Assembly: GCA_965233585.1 (NCBI GenBank)
Contig: CBDDTI010000235.1
Coordinates: 1-27,297, forward strand
Source: a bacterium
GTDB lineage: Bacteria > SAR324 > NAC60-12
Direction: 5' to 3'
DNA length: 27,297 bases
Made by a program: the position numbers and the translations under genes. This document shows positions 1 through 12,249 of this stretch, piece after piece; the stretch's first letter is position 1; each line of letters opens with the position of its first letter. The notes beneath the pieces are model-generated. The model saw only the letters and a list, made by a program, of their open reading frames with translations, was not told the DNA's origin and made no database searches.

Positions 1-1083
1 GAATTGACGAGTCGAATATCAAAATAGTTTATTTCATTTTCAGGGACACATCGATTTCCCTTTCTCTGAATCCATCTGTTGAGGATAACTTAGAGGCTCG
101 GTTGGGCAGAGGTTAGCATTGATTTCCCACGAAGATTATTTCCTAGCTCTGGCCCTTTTCATGCTTGGGTAATATTTGGATCATTTCATAAGCTATTTAT
201 TGTTTATTGTAGACATACACGGTCGTCAAACCGTGACTGGCGGTATGTAGCATGCTACAGAAAGGTCACTTAAAACAAATGTGACATACTCTTATTCTTC
301 GGCCATTTCAACTTGAGTAAAAATATCAAAAAAACTGCGTTTATAAACATAACGAGACAACGCGTGTTGTAAAAAAAAAATTCATTTATGAACATGACGT
401 TTTGTATGCTCCATCATACATCTTCAGAAGTAACGGCTACCTAGAGTACAATTAAATTTAAACACGAAGACTAATACGAACTAAGGAAACTAATGACAAC
501 GAAAAAGTAAATGAAAATAAGCAGACTTGATAAATCTGCTCGCTGGTTTTAAATCACGAATCAACAAGGTTTCCTTAATTTTTCAATGTATATCAGACTG
601 TCCAGTGGCTAAAATGCCAAAGTGAGCCCATTTAATCCTGCTGCCTGTTTGGGTCATATGATCAGCAATGGCATAATAATGGCTCTAGGCCAGAATTCCC
701 TGTCGCCATTCCATGTTTCATTTACAAATAGAGAATGAAATGATTTTATGCAGCTTGCTACGCTAGTTAATGTTCCTCTAGTTTGGGTCAGGGCACATAC
801 AGGACTCTAAGTTTTGACTTGTTAAATCGATGTAGGTTAGGTTTCAGGCCTCTTTTTCTAGCTTCGCACGCTAACGCTTTTGGAGCAATACGCTTTATGA
901 CTAAAGTAAACGATAATAAACAAATTTAAGTTTACTCGTTCTTAAGCATGTGGCTTTAGATATTGGTTCTTATTAAAACTGGTGCTATGAGAGTAGACAA
1001 ATTTTTGCTCGTAAAATAATCCATATGCCCTTTTCGTACTGTTGCATAGCCACCATTATAACGTTTAATTGTCAGCAAAGTAA

Positions 1084-1508
1084 GGGAGTGTTTACATGGG
1101 AAAACTCGCACCGGCCCGAGTTTCATACCGGGATGACTTCGTGACTTCGTATCACCTTTACATGACGACTGGGTTATTTCACCATCCCACGTCCAACGTG
1201 TTGAAACTGACGAAGCCATCTTAGATTGAAGAAAATTACGCATGTGCTACCCGTTCTAGTCTACCTGCAAACTGATTTTACACCGAAACGAGTAGTCGTT
1301 TCGTGTTTACATGATACCGTTGCGAAATCTCGTACCGGAGTGAAATTCTCGCCCGGGTGCGAGAACCGGGGTGAACTGACGCCGGGGCGACTCGCGCCGG
1401 CATGAAACTTTGTGTTGGTATCATGTCAACAAATGTAGAGCTATGAGAGGGAACCGGAGTGAACTCGCCCCGACGCGAAAGTCGCCCCGGTGTCATGTAA
1501 ACACCCCC
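1084..1508. mobile_element. PIF/Harbinger-type MITE, 425 bp
   Basis: 15-bp TIRs with one mismatch (gggagtgtttacatg at 1084; catgtaaacaccccc ending 1508). TAA TSD at 1081-1083 and 1509-1511. GC-rich interior with repeated gaactcgcc/ccgg motifs and no credible ORF. Confidence 0.85.
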
Positions 1509-2283
1509 TAAGGTAGGGCAATGTAAGGATCTTAGTGCGTCTGTAAAAATGCTCCCTTAAAAGTAGAAAGTGTGTCTTGGTGTGGAGCCGTATCTTGAAA
1601 TACTTTAACGATTTGCTTAATTTGAAAACAAAACTAGCTACATGTAGCTTGAAAGTAAACCAGCGTATGTTCATATTCATGTAAATTTAAGAGGGTAGTA
1701 ACCTGCAGGAAGTGAGCACTTCTGTAATTAAGAAGATAATAATAATAATAATGAAATAAACGTGGTGGCAGAAACAACTAGTTTCATCTGAATGACCATA
1801 AATACAGGCAGTGTTGCAAAATTAAGCTTCTGTGAATTAAAACTAAATGACTTTCGTGAACATATAATAAGGTTATACAAGCATGAAATTTGGCCCCATG
1901 ATAGCAGTCACTGATACAAACATTTACAGATATAGCGCCAAGCCGGAAAGGCACCCGTCTCTATGCAAACAACAGATTATTAAAATCCTAACCTTTCTCT
2001 GGTTGTCCAAATTTTCTAATAAATACTTTCATTTAAGTTGTTCTAGCTTGTTTTTCATGTTCGTTATGTCTCATTACACGCCACGCTACTCTTAACTGTG
2101 TGTTGCCATAGCAGCAAAACATGAAAACGCCACGTTTGTTACAAGTTACAAAGTATTCTGCGTCCCATCGACGGGCGTCCGGTGGTGTATATTCTTATCT
2201 GCAATAAAACCTGCAGATTTACGCGTTGCTACGTTTTTCAAATGTTTTTTACATTTCTGTATTTCCGTACCACAAGATACAAA

Positions 2284-2632
2284 TCCATTGCCCGCCACAC
2301 ACACAAAGGGGTGTACATGGGAAATTGCTTTTACATATTTGCATCTTTTGCTGCAGCTCATTTTGCAACCACAATGCCATCCCTCAGTCTTTCCTCCCTC
2401 CAGTCCTCCTCCTCTGTTTGCTTTTGAAATGCTCCAGCTCACAAAGGGTTTCTTTGGGCAAAATATGAGCGATTTGCCAAAGTCCGCTTTGACCGGTGTT
2501 TTGCCAACAGTCAGGCATTCTTAGAATGTAAACATGGAAATTCTCTCTAAGTAATGAGACAAATGGTGGTAATGAATACCTTTCGCAGAAACAATATTTG
2601 GGTGGTGAGATGTTATTACAACCTTGTTCCAA
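2284..2632 (-). pseudogene. Degenerate Cys-rich C-terminus of a DNA-transposon protein, possibly Academ-like
   Basis: Joining two minus frames across a 1-nt frameshift near 2326 gives HCGCKMSCSKRCK(Y)VKA-NFPCTPLCVCGGQ. This resembles the CGCxxxCxxRCKCxKAxxxCTxLCxCGG tail I recall from Academ-type transposases. Upstream sequence is heavily decayed. Confidence 0.45.
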
Positions 2633-2764
2633 GGAAGAGGAAACTTAAGACCAAATCTTCTGCCAATATAATTGAAAAAATTGTTTAAGCAGTAGTCTCA
2701 ACATAGTATAAGGTATATACACAGAAAATAGTCACTAAAAGATATAGGCTCATTAACTTGTTAG

Positions 2765-4101
2765 TTTATTCCATATGTGTTAACAAGTTAACAAATAAAG
2801 AAGCCTCGACTGTGTTCTGTTCTGTTGTAAAGCACGCAGGAAGCGGTAGAGCACGAAAGAAGTGTAGGGGAAAACACGAGACGCAGTCGAGTGTTTTTCC
2901 CCACTTCTTGAGTGCTCTACCGCTTCCTAAGTGCTTTACAACAGAACAGAACACAGTCGAGGCTTCTTTATTTGTTTTATGATAAAGAATTCAATAATTT
3001 CCCCAAGCATTCGCTGAATTTTCAAACCACATTTTATTTTCCAAAGGAGTAAAAGTGGCGTCAGCCGTCCACTAATCTCTGATAAAGGACGCTAAAATAA
3101 GCCAATCACAGTCCTTTTTAGAATTCTTCAAATAATTTGATTGGCTAACGACACGACAGCTGTCAAATCACAATCTGAACTTCGGCTAATCTTTCCCGCC
3201 CTTTCGCGTTGCCTTTCGAGAGTAGAAGGATGCCTTCAAAGTTCGCTTTTCAGTTAATAGTTTAACACGTTAACGTTTCAACAGGACGTAAAAGCAGGTA
3301 AAGGTTGCTAGTCCAGAGGAATCCGGCCGCATTGTGACTCACGAAAACTTGTACTTTGCTAATGGAAATTACGAAAGAAGGAGCTCAAAGCTTGCGATGA
3401 AAATGCCAACTGCTGAGTTTTATTTGAAAGAAGCTACAGTGATTTACGGCTTTTACCTGCCTACAGCAAGATTGCCCGAACTAACGTGAAAGTTGTAAAG
3501 GCTAGACTGCCTGCACTTGTTCAACTCCGAACACGGGAGCAAGCTTTCAACTGAGCGATGAATACGGAATTGTTGAAGTTCAAGTCGTTGAGATGACCGA
3601 AGCAGCCGCTACTAAGCAAGCGAGCGTTACTACACTGCATGTAAGTGTTCTTTGAGCATTTTTACAAAAATAAAGCTTCTCATCATTGTAAACAGAGACA
3701 GTTCAATGCTATTCTCTGTCTTTGTTTTACTTCTTCAATATTATTTCTGCCTTCGTAATGTATTCTGATGTATTTTATCAAAGAATTCACTGGGTTGAGA
3801 ATTTGTTTAAGCTCATTTCGCTGTGTGGTTTGTCGGAATCTGGCAAAACGTGTTATTTTCATCCAGTTTCTACACTACTGTTGTCAGCGATGGTCTCCAT
3901 GAGCCATATTTACTGCTGACAAATAGCTCGTTTATATTGATTTTTCTGACTCGCACAGGGGATGTTTAATTTGGGTCAAATTTGTCGAAATTCCGAAGCA
4001 AAAATTTGAAAGCCAGCTTAATGTCATTTACCTGTCCTTTATACTCTGATAAAGGACGCTATTTCAACCAATCAGAGCGCGCGTTATATCGAAACTTTAT
4101 T
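2765..4101. mobile_element. Putative non-autonomous element with a subterminal palindrome, possibly Crypton-type; boundaries approximate
   Basis: Long hairpin near the left end. An 18-bp direct repeat ctctgataaaggacgcta at 3077-3094 and 4044-4061, each followed by ccaatca. Candidate terminal direct repeats tttatt at 2765-2770 and 4096-4101 (weak, AT-rich). No TIR/TSD and no ORF. Confidence 0.4.
2790..2976. repeat. Near-perfect 187-bp inverted repeat (palindrome)
   Basis: aacaaataaagaagcctcgactgtgttctgttctgttgtaaagcac... pairs with ...gtgctttacaacagaacagaacacagtcgaggcttctttatttgtt. Apex gac-GCA-gtc at 2880-2888. Confidence 0.95.
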
Positions 4102-4299
4102 ATAATAATGAATATCAATAACTCCCATTATTTTTCTCATTTGCATTACAGTTCAATTATAATATAGTAAATAAAAGACAATTTTGGGCATAAACTGCAA
4201 AATGCCTAAAGTTGCGTTGCTTACAATTTGGATAATACTGAAAATTAAAGGCCAGTAGCAAGATAGCCTTTTGCCAAGTTTTTCCTGCGACAAAGGCAC

Positions 4300-5134
4300 C
4301 AGGACTCTTAAAAAGCATTGAAGTCATTGTGAAATAATTTGGTGATGATGCGAAAATAGATTTCAAATAGCAGCAAATTAACTTTAACGAAATTCAAGTT
4401 GAGGATGCAACTCTCACCCTACCAAATGCCTCTCCTGATATTTACTAGTTCTCTTACAGATTCGAACAGAGACAAATTACTTTTCAATTTAACTAAATGT
4501 TTAAACGGTTGTGGCTTGTGCACTATCACGGACGCTACACTGAGACCCAATGTCATTTTAGCGGAGTGCTCAATGACTTAAGGTAAAACACAACGTTTAG
4601 CAATGATTTATCCAACATATATTAATGTTTAACACATGGACATGTTTTTAACTGACTGTAGTAATAGCAGAACCGAGGTGATCACTCTGACCAATCACAA
4701 ACGACACAGAAAATCCACTGAAGCAATATTGAACTCGAAAACAAGCTCAAGAAAACAAGTACGAGCGAGGCTTACTTTGGAGTGCTTGAAAATGTGATGC
4801 TAGGCTTTTAAACCAATCACTAAGCATATACAAGGCAAAATCAAAGCAAATTAATGTGAATAACTTTGGGAATTATCTTGCGAATTACCTTGGGAATTAC
4901 CTTGGGAAAGCCCTATTTGTTAGTAATACTATTTTTCCTGAATGAGTGAATCAGATGCAGTTAGAAATTGCCTGTGTAAATACTGTTTTATGGTTTAAAT
5001 GTGCCAGCAGTCTGGATGGAACTTTTGATTTTAACTCAAAAAGGATCGAGTAAGGTGTTTCTCTTGAAAAGCAAAACATGCGACGTTATCATTTTTTTGA
5101 TGAGTTTGAAATTAAACATAACTTGTCGCCAGTG
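4300..5134 (+). repeat. Diverged direct repeat, copy A (paralogue of 13248-14014)
   Basis: Collinear shared blocks: ttaacgaaattcaagt, ttatccaacatatattaatgtttaacacat, tttttaactgactgta, agcaaattaatgtgaat, tttaaat(g/a)tgccag, caaaacatg. Confidence 0.85.
4858..4906 (+). repeat. About four copies of a 12-bp tandem unit (gaattaccttgg)
   Basis: gaataactttgg gaattatcttgc gaattaccttgg gaattaccttgg. The paralogous copy has only one unit, near 13778. Confidence 0.8.
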
Positions 5135-5559
5135 CATGTTTTTACGCAAACGAAATACGGCGAAGAATAACTTCAATTGGTTTAGAATTTTCCAAGTTCT
5201 ATGGCAGCAGTGTACCTATAGAGATTTGGATTGAAATGTTTGTGAGCTGCGTGCTACTTAAGGGCGGATAAACACACGATTCGACTGATTAAATTAAAAG
5301 TGCAAACTGTAAACCCGATAGTTCAGAGAATTGTTCCATCCACACAAGAGTGCCATACTTCTGTAAATATATTACTATGTAACCATGGCAGCTGCGATCT
5401 TTTTACTGGAGAACATAACACGTATGCTGTCTTGGCGTGTGATGTTGTCCCAGGAAGTTCCAACGATCCTAAACAAAAACTTGAGACGTTTATTCCTTAA
5501 CAATTTACAAACCATGTGCTTCAAAAATATGAATACGAAATTTTTACACTAGTAAACAA

Positions 5560-6770
5560 ACAAAATTAACATAATTCCGGCGGATAAAGCAGTAGCAAAG
5601 GACGTTGATTCCGCTCTCCATTTGCGAGTTTGACTTGGGCAGCACGGCAACACCCTTTTTCCTGCGATAAGTTCCACAAGAGGCAGCCTTCATCGACTTT
5701 CTGGAAGATTCTCTTGCACTAGAACAACATCACCGATCTTGACTGCAGTGTCTTTCGTTGCCAATTCAAGGTTCTTTGAACTGGTTGGCGATGAAATTCT
5801 CTCTGGTTCAGCAAAAACTATCTTCTCCGTTGCGTCCAAAACGTTGTCAATAGTGATCCATAGTGCTTAATTCTCCTTGAAAGTTCTCTCTTTCCGGACT
5901 ACTAAGCTTGCGCAGATGGAAAAATAAACACAGGGTTATTATCTTCTTTGTCCTAAACCACATTGAGTAGAGAGCCACATAGAAAACGCGCGGATATTTT
6001 ACGACTAAATGCTTGACCTTGAACAGCCTTTATCCACAGCGTCAGGGCGATTGATAGTTCTTGAGGCTTTAAGGGGCCTGTTTGGCGGTTTCTCTCATCA
6101 GACTTGCAATTCGCTATAAAACGAATAGCACGAGACGTTACTGCCAAAAGCTTGTGTAAAGAGCTGTAACGTTCAAGATCAATGACGTTAAGCAGGCTTG
6201 AACTTGTTCCCCTGTAGCGATGCACGTGGCCTCCATGCCTTCCTGGTGTACCACATGTTCCACGTGATTGCTGGAAGTGCTCCAATTAGGCCACTTTTCT
6301 GCAGACTCACACAGCCAATCAGGGTCCTTCCACCAAATGCTGCATTCATCAACCAAGACACAAACAGCAACTCCACGGCTAAGCAGATCAGCAGGGTTGA
6401 ATGCGGAAGGGCAAGGTTCGCTAGTTTCTTAATTTCTTCAATCCTCTTTGGCACAAACGAATCTGGTAGAACATAGCCAGCGCAAAACGATTTCAGAATC
6501 ACTTCATAAAGTTATTTCCGTCAGTCCATGTTTAGGTTTAAGTTTTTCCGAGATAAAAAGGGACAATCGTGCCGCTACTAATGACGCCAGAAGTTCAAGC
6601 GAGGCGTATTCTATGGCTTCATAGAGATAATCTTGCTCTTAACAATTACGATAGTAGTTTGCACGCCACATTTTTATTGTGCCCTGAGATATCCCACTAC
6701 TCTATATTCCTTTATGGGGGTCTTTCGTGACAATTTGGGAACCTAATCTTCTAAAAGTTGAATTTCATTC
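5560..6770 (-). pseudogene. BEL/Pao LTR retrotransposon pol relic 1 (RNase H region plus C-terminus, integrase core deleted)
   Basis: Minus-strand motifs across frameshifts: PRLELLASLVAARL, SDSEIVLRW, NPADLLSRG, WWKDPDWL, IDLERYSSLHKLLAVTSRAIRFI, PLKPQELSIALTLWIKAVQ. These join directly to SARFLCG, then FWTQRR, VKIGDVVLVQE and terminal QRPLLLLYPPEL. Many stops. Confidence 0.88.
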
Positions 6771-6807
6771 AGTTGTTTGAAAGCCGTTTAATTAATTAAC
6801 AATCGCA

Positions 6808-6851
<44 letters not shown>

Positions 6852-8310
6852 TCTTGCAGTACTGTGATATATGATGCTCGACATCCGATCCTTTGCAAAA
6901 ACCTTATTAAGTTAACAGTCGAAGTCCTGTTATCGATATGCATTCGGCATCCAACTTTATCACGGACAAATCTGAACAAAAAAATTCATTAAGATGAAAA
7001 CAGCGAAATCGATGTTTAATTCATAATAAAGAACAAAACAAAGCTAGGACACGGAAAATGTCGACGTAATTGAAGCTTTTTTAACTAAGTGATTGTGAAA
7101 AAACATGATTTTGAAACGTGTTTTCCATTGGAATAAAACATACGCCCAGGCGTACAAGAAGAATTTCTTTCCAGTTGACAAACCCGCAGATAGGAATATT
7201 TTGTTTACATAATAAGATGCATGCGTGATTTAAATCCGTAGATAGAACGGGAGGAGTCAAACCGGGACGCGAGCAGAAATAGCTCTGTTGTAGTATTGAC
7301 TTCTAATGAACTGTTATTTCGACTTCACATCCTCAGCTGGTGCTAGCTCAATACTTTTCCTAAGACCTGAGAACTAGACACGTTCGCTGCGGTGTAAAGT
7401 GAATGTTTCTGCCCTCCTCATTTTTGTGGCATCGTTTTCAAAATGTTTCGTCCAACGCAAGCGAAGGGTGAGTTCGAAACTGTTCTTACATTTTAATTGA
7501 TAGCCTTTAAATCGTGTTTTATACTCTCCTACTTTGTGTATCGAACATCACGTTGCCTCTTCTTCTCCTTCGTGTTTTCTTCCTGTACTCCTATTTTCCT
7601 TTCTTAATGAAAACCGATATTTTAAAATTCCAACTTGACCAATAGTCCAGGTTTTTCTGGGGTTGTCTGTGGACACTCTCAATATTTTCATTTAGTTAGA
7701 AATCGCAAAGATCACGCAACATTGATCAAAATTTTCTCAAGTAAAACTGACTTGATGTTCATTAATCACTCACAACAACGAAGAATAATATGTTTTGGGG
7801 GTCACATTATAATTTCTGTCAGTCTCTTTCGAGAAAGTAATTTTATCGCTAAATTGAAGATACACGAAAAGTATGCAAGATCAGACTCATGAAAAAATAT
7901 GAATGTACTTATTTGGTTCAACAGTAATGATAATGGTGATGATTATGACGATTGTCAAGAAGCTATGAATTAAATAACAGTATTTTGTGAAAATTAGGGA
8001 ACCTTATATTATCTCGCACGTTTTCGCAACAATTATATCGGTCACTTTGGAGCTGCGTCTGAGGAAATCTCTGATAGGGAAATTACTCGATTATTACGAT
8101 GCCATCCTTTTCAAAAAGTTCTGTTATCACAATGTTTTTGTCCACACTAAGAGGCAAGCCAGTGTTTCCAAATTTCTTCAGTTTCAAGAGCCTCTTTTGG
8201 AGGGATTAGAGGGGAAGGTAGGCCTGACCGTAGAAATATAGCGTGTTTTTTTTTTTTTCAATTCAATTGTAGCGTATACACAGCCTTAGTTTTTTTTACC
8301 GTTTTCAATG

Positions 8311-8635
8311 TGTAGCGGCGTCAGCTCCGGTGGCGGAGAGATCCGTGAAGCTAAAAGGACTAATGACTCACAGGTTCCACAAGGCTCAGGTTTATTGAGT
8401 AAAGTCTTACAGCGACCCTGTTCAGTAGGACGTGTAGTCGAACCCTCTAAAAGGTTCTGAGTAGTACAGCAATAACTGGTGGTTCCCGTCGAATTTCTGT
8501 TTTACAAAGCGTGTGCGATATTTAAGCTAGAGTCACGTGGTAGCTAGCGGAGATCCATTTGACGTAAATGCGGTAAAAAAGGCGAAATAGTTAAAATACT
8601 ATGAAAGAAAACTAAGGCACACGGGTGCCGTAACA
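8311..8635 (-). repeat. 3' LTR of BEL/Pao element 2 (325 bp)
   Basis: On the minus strand it begins TGTTACGGC and ends GCCGCTACA (TG...CA, imperfect terminal IR). Internal AATAAA (plus tttatt 8391-8396). Preceded by polypurine tract AGGGAAGCAG (plus 8636-8645), downstream of the pol stop. Confidence 0.85.
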
Positions 8636-8792
8636 CTGCTTCCCTAAATGTTCTTCATTTACTAAAAACCTAATTACTAAAAAGAGGATATAAAATTATA
8701 ACCATATGAAATAACTCGATTAAGGAGAACGTGAATGACTAGGAAGTACTAGAGTTCTAAATACTGATGATATAAAGGTAACTAGAAACTAC

Positions 8793-10325
8793 TCAGTTCT
8801 TATTGTCCCCTTTGGGTAAGAGTAACACAAGTTTATGTACTGGTCTTTGAAAGAACTTCTTTTCTCCGTCCTTGGCGGTCATTATCTGAACTTTACGGAC
8901 AAGGTTGTCTTGACTGGGGAATACTTCGGTTACTACTGCAAGCGGCCACTGATTTCTTGGCGATTCGTTATCAAATACTAGGACGACGTCTGCAATCGTA
9001 ATGGATCTTTTGGGTGTCGGCCGTTTCTGACGTTTCTGGAGAAGGGTGCAATACTCTTTTTGCCAGCGTAGTCAGAATTGGTAAGCTAAGTACTGGACTC
9101 TTCTCAATCTCTTCCGAGAGTACAAATCAGGTGACTCGAATTTACCAGGTGGAGGTAGTACAACTTGCATTTTGAGGGTAAGGAGATGATTAGATGTCAG
9201 AGGTTCTGACGTTAGTGGGTCTGTCAGGTTCTCTACTGTTAGAGGACGGCAGTTGCCGATGCTCTCGGCTTCGGTCATGAGGGTACGAAGTGCTTCGTCG
9301 TCGAGGTGGGTACCATGATCTAGCAGCAATGATGACAGAACTGATCGTGTTGTCTGTATTTGACGTTCCCAAACACCGCCCATGTGAGAAGCATGGGGGA
9401 CGTTAAAGTTGAACTCTATCCAGTCGCAGTCTTGTGCAGTTAAGTATTCTCTGACAGGGGTCCTGTCTATTTCCTTTAGTGCATCAGCAAGCTCATTCTT
9501 GGCGCCGACAAAGTTTGAACCTTGATCGGATCTAAGCTGGCGAACTTTTCCTCTGCGGCTTATGAAGCGTCTGAGGGTGTTGAGGAATGAATCTGTTGTC
9601 ATGGTGTTCAGTGTCTTTAGATGTATAGCGCGCGAGGCTAGGCAGGTGAATATCAGACCCCATCGTGTCAACTCTTTTCGTCCTTCGTTAATGTAAAAGG
9701 GTCCGAACACGTCCATTCCCGTGTAAGGGAACGGAGGAGATGGCGTGAGTCGTTCAGGAGGTAGGTCTGACATCTTTTTGTCTTAGGTGCGGCCTCTTAA
9801 CTTGCGACAAGTAACACACTTGGCGATGATGTGGGAGATCATAGAACGACCGTTAATGATGTAGTATCCAGCTTGGCGGATAGCATTGTGAGTCATGCCA
9901 TAACCTTGGTGGTGCTGCTTCCCATGATGAAACTGGCGTTTGAGAAGAACAGTCACGTGGCTACTCTTAGGCATGATGAGGGGATGTTTGATTGTGTACG
10001 GAGAGACTGAATTCTTGAGACGTCCACCAACTCAAAGCAGGCCTTCGTTATCGAGAAATGGATCTAGCTTGTAAAGGTTACTGATCGACTTGACGGTGTT
10101 GTTTCTTTTCCGTGCGTTCTGGGAATCTTGGAAGTGATCATCCTTGCCATCAAGCTTTCTTACGATCCTTATTTCCGATTGGAAGTGGTGATGTTGAAGT
10201 GATCCAAGAATGACATCTTCGGCTTTGGATAGCTCTGCTACCAATGGGGGCCCTTCTTGTGGACGCCAGTTGTGTTGCTTGCTCGGTCTTGTCCTTTCAA
10301 TTGCTCTTTGTATACGAACAATACA
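8793..10325 (-). pseudogene. BEL/Pao pol relic 2: integrase and C-terminal domain, 5'-truncated
   Basis: LYKLDPFLDNEGLL*VGGRL, HPLIMPK, zinc finger H..HHQG...CVTCRK, MSDLPPERL, GMDVFGPF, IFTCLASRAIHL, RFISRRG, SDQGSNFVG, PHASHMGGVWERQI, then WQKEY, RNQWPLA and RPVHKLVLL with stop at 8793-8795. Contains in-frame stops and frameshifts. No 5' LTR, gag or RT in the window. Confidence 0.95.
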
Positions 10326-11177
10326 TTGTGAGTTATAATTTCCTCAATTTATTTATTCAGAGGTTTTCGAGTTATCCTTTTAATTGCGTGACGGTGCAAC
10401 CCAAGAAAAGCTTTTTTAAAATTCATTTATTTACAAGATTGCTTACAAGCAACATTGTGTAATACGAGGTGACTAGTTGTGTCGCTGCTAGTCAGAGCTA
10501 TCTCTGCTCATTGACAATAAGCTATAAGAGAGCGAGTTGTACGCTTGCATCTAGCAGTTAATTTTTATGTAAGGTACAAGTAAGATATTAGCAGAGATTC
10601 CACGACGCGAAGGGCCACCAAACGGAGCCCTATATCCATATTTGAAAGAAAGTGAACCTCGTAAATTGATTTTTGCATGGTTATCATGGCCAGCGGTTGC
10701 AAGATGGCGGCCACGATGAAACTCACACAGGTTGACAGAAACATGCACCCTCAGCAGCGCCCTCTGATATAAGACATCGGATTCCGTGTGATGGTCTATT
10801 TATACCAACCGAAGCAACTTATCCACTAACCATATCACGTGACCGTATCACTTGAGCATATCGCGGACTCAAGTTTTAAGCTCGTCGAAGTCACCCCTGA
10901 TCAAGTGCTGGTTTTGGATTATATCGCCATTCCAGGATTATAAAAGTTAATCGAAGTATAATTTTTTCTTGTATACACAACTGTTTTTGCTAATTTTCCC
11001 TACTATTGTCTATTTTTTTCCACCCGAACCCCGTCAGTCACATTTACAGACAAAAGTATGGGAAATGACAAAGTTTAACTGAGCCTATCCGCCAAGATGG
11101 CGTCGAAAACCGTGATAAGTGCTATTGACCTTTTGTCGGTAAATGCACAACTTAACTGCCGGTTTTCAGCATTCATT

Positions 11178-12197
11178 AGGGACTTAAAGCAGCGGGAACG
11201 CGGACGGCGACGCGGACGCCGAAACCGGTGAGAAGATTGGGGAGAGAACGCCGTTGTGACAGAAATTCACAAACATAAAGCAGCACCGTCGGAAACCATA
11301 GTTTCTGCACTGTCAAGCTTATTGGCGTTATAGATATTCGTCCTCTGTTTATAAGGATGGCTTAATGTAAAGAAGTTCGCAATCAACTCTTGATAAGCCA
11401 CGATCAAGGTGTGTTAAACGATTACGGACTCCTACTTTTGTGCGATTTAAACCGGTGTAATATTCTCGACTTACCTTATGATCACTTCCCTGATTTCAAC
11501 TTCGATGATTTGGAGACTACGAGTGCCTGCCCGAATTTCGATTCCACAAACGCGACTTAACCCTTCTCGCTGAGTTGTACAATGGAGTAAATGAACTAAT
11601 AAACAGCAAATGTTTAATCAGACTGGCGCGACAAATTAGTGGCCGACTGATAAAGATCTAAGTAAACCACCGATCTTACGACTGAAAATGAAAACAGTTT
11701 AATACACAAGTTTTTATGGTGTACATCCTTTTAAATGTGCTAGAATCTCACCAAAGTAAACCATTTGACACTAGAGTACTTCTTGAAAGGAAAAAATTTT
11801 GATTGAAATGCATGTAAGTTGTCTTTATTTACATAAGCTTTCAAAAGTATATTTCACGGTACTCACATGTTCGCCGACTGGCTTGAGTTCGCTCCCGAGG
11901 AGTTCGCTTCACCTTTCTCGACCTTTCTTTAAAATGAAATATCTCACATAACAAGAGAAAACAAGCAATTGTAGTTCCTAGAAATTAGTATCAGGGGTTA
12001 TTTACCGTTAACACAGCAGCGGAAACGAAAGCGAAAGCTCACGTTTTCAGACAACGCGAAATTAGCTAGACTCGCGTCCGGTCTAAACGCAGAACGTCAA
12101 CCTGTTCCCCGCCAGTCATGCGCAATGGACTTTTTGGGTTTTCCCTGATCCTGTGGCGTTCCCGTCGTCGTCCCGGTTGTCGTTGCTTAAAGTCCCT
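11178..12197 (+). mobile_element. Internally deleted PIF/Harbinger-ISL2EU (PHIS)-group DNA transposon, 1,020 bp
   Basis: TIRs agggacttaaagcagcg / cgttgcttaaagtccct with further gacggc/gacgac repeats. 3-bp TSD ATT at 11175-11177 and 12198-12200. Confidence 0.82.
11357..11575 (+). pseudogene. N-terminal remnant of a Harbinger/ISL2EU-like transposase
   Basis: MA*CKEVRNQLLISHDQGVLNDYGLLLLCDLNRCNILDLPYDHFPDFNFDDLE, frameshift, ECLPEFRFHKRDLTLLAE. Resembles the ECxxEFRFxKxDxxxL N-terminal motif of DDE_Tnp_4-type transposases (recalled, not searched). Confidence 0.6.
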
Positions 12198-12221
12198 ATT
12201 GTAACGCTGTGCGTTTCTAAT

Positions 12222-12249
12222 CCCCCCCCCCCCCCCCCCCCCCCCCCCC
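12222..12249. repeat. Poly-C run (C28)
   Basis: Direct read. Confidence 0.95.

Noticed and set aside
2758..2982. Mirror-image ORFs on both strands
   Set aside because: They are a by-product of the DNA palindrome, with no protein motif.
4858..4906. Short repeats (also those at 20913-21000) as a CRISPR array
   Set aside because: Units are too short or adjacent, there are no cas genes, and the context is eukaryotic.
6085..6105. Hammerhead-like CTGATGAG...GAAAC on the minus strand
   Set aside because: There is no room for stem II, and it lies in pol coding sequence (SDERNR).
8306..10246. caatg at 8306-8310 and 10242-10246 as a 5-bp TSD of BEL/Pao element 2
   Set aside because: The pol frame continues past it (CIVRIQRAIERTRPSKQHNWRPQEGPPLVAEL) to about 10325, so the second copy is internal and coincidental.
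11091..11177. caagATGGCG start-like or YY1-like motif
   Set aside because: No recognisable protein follows and the frame runs into a transposon TIR.
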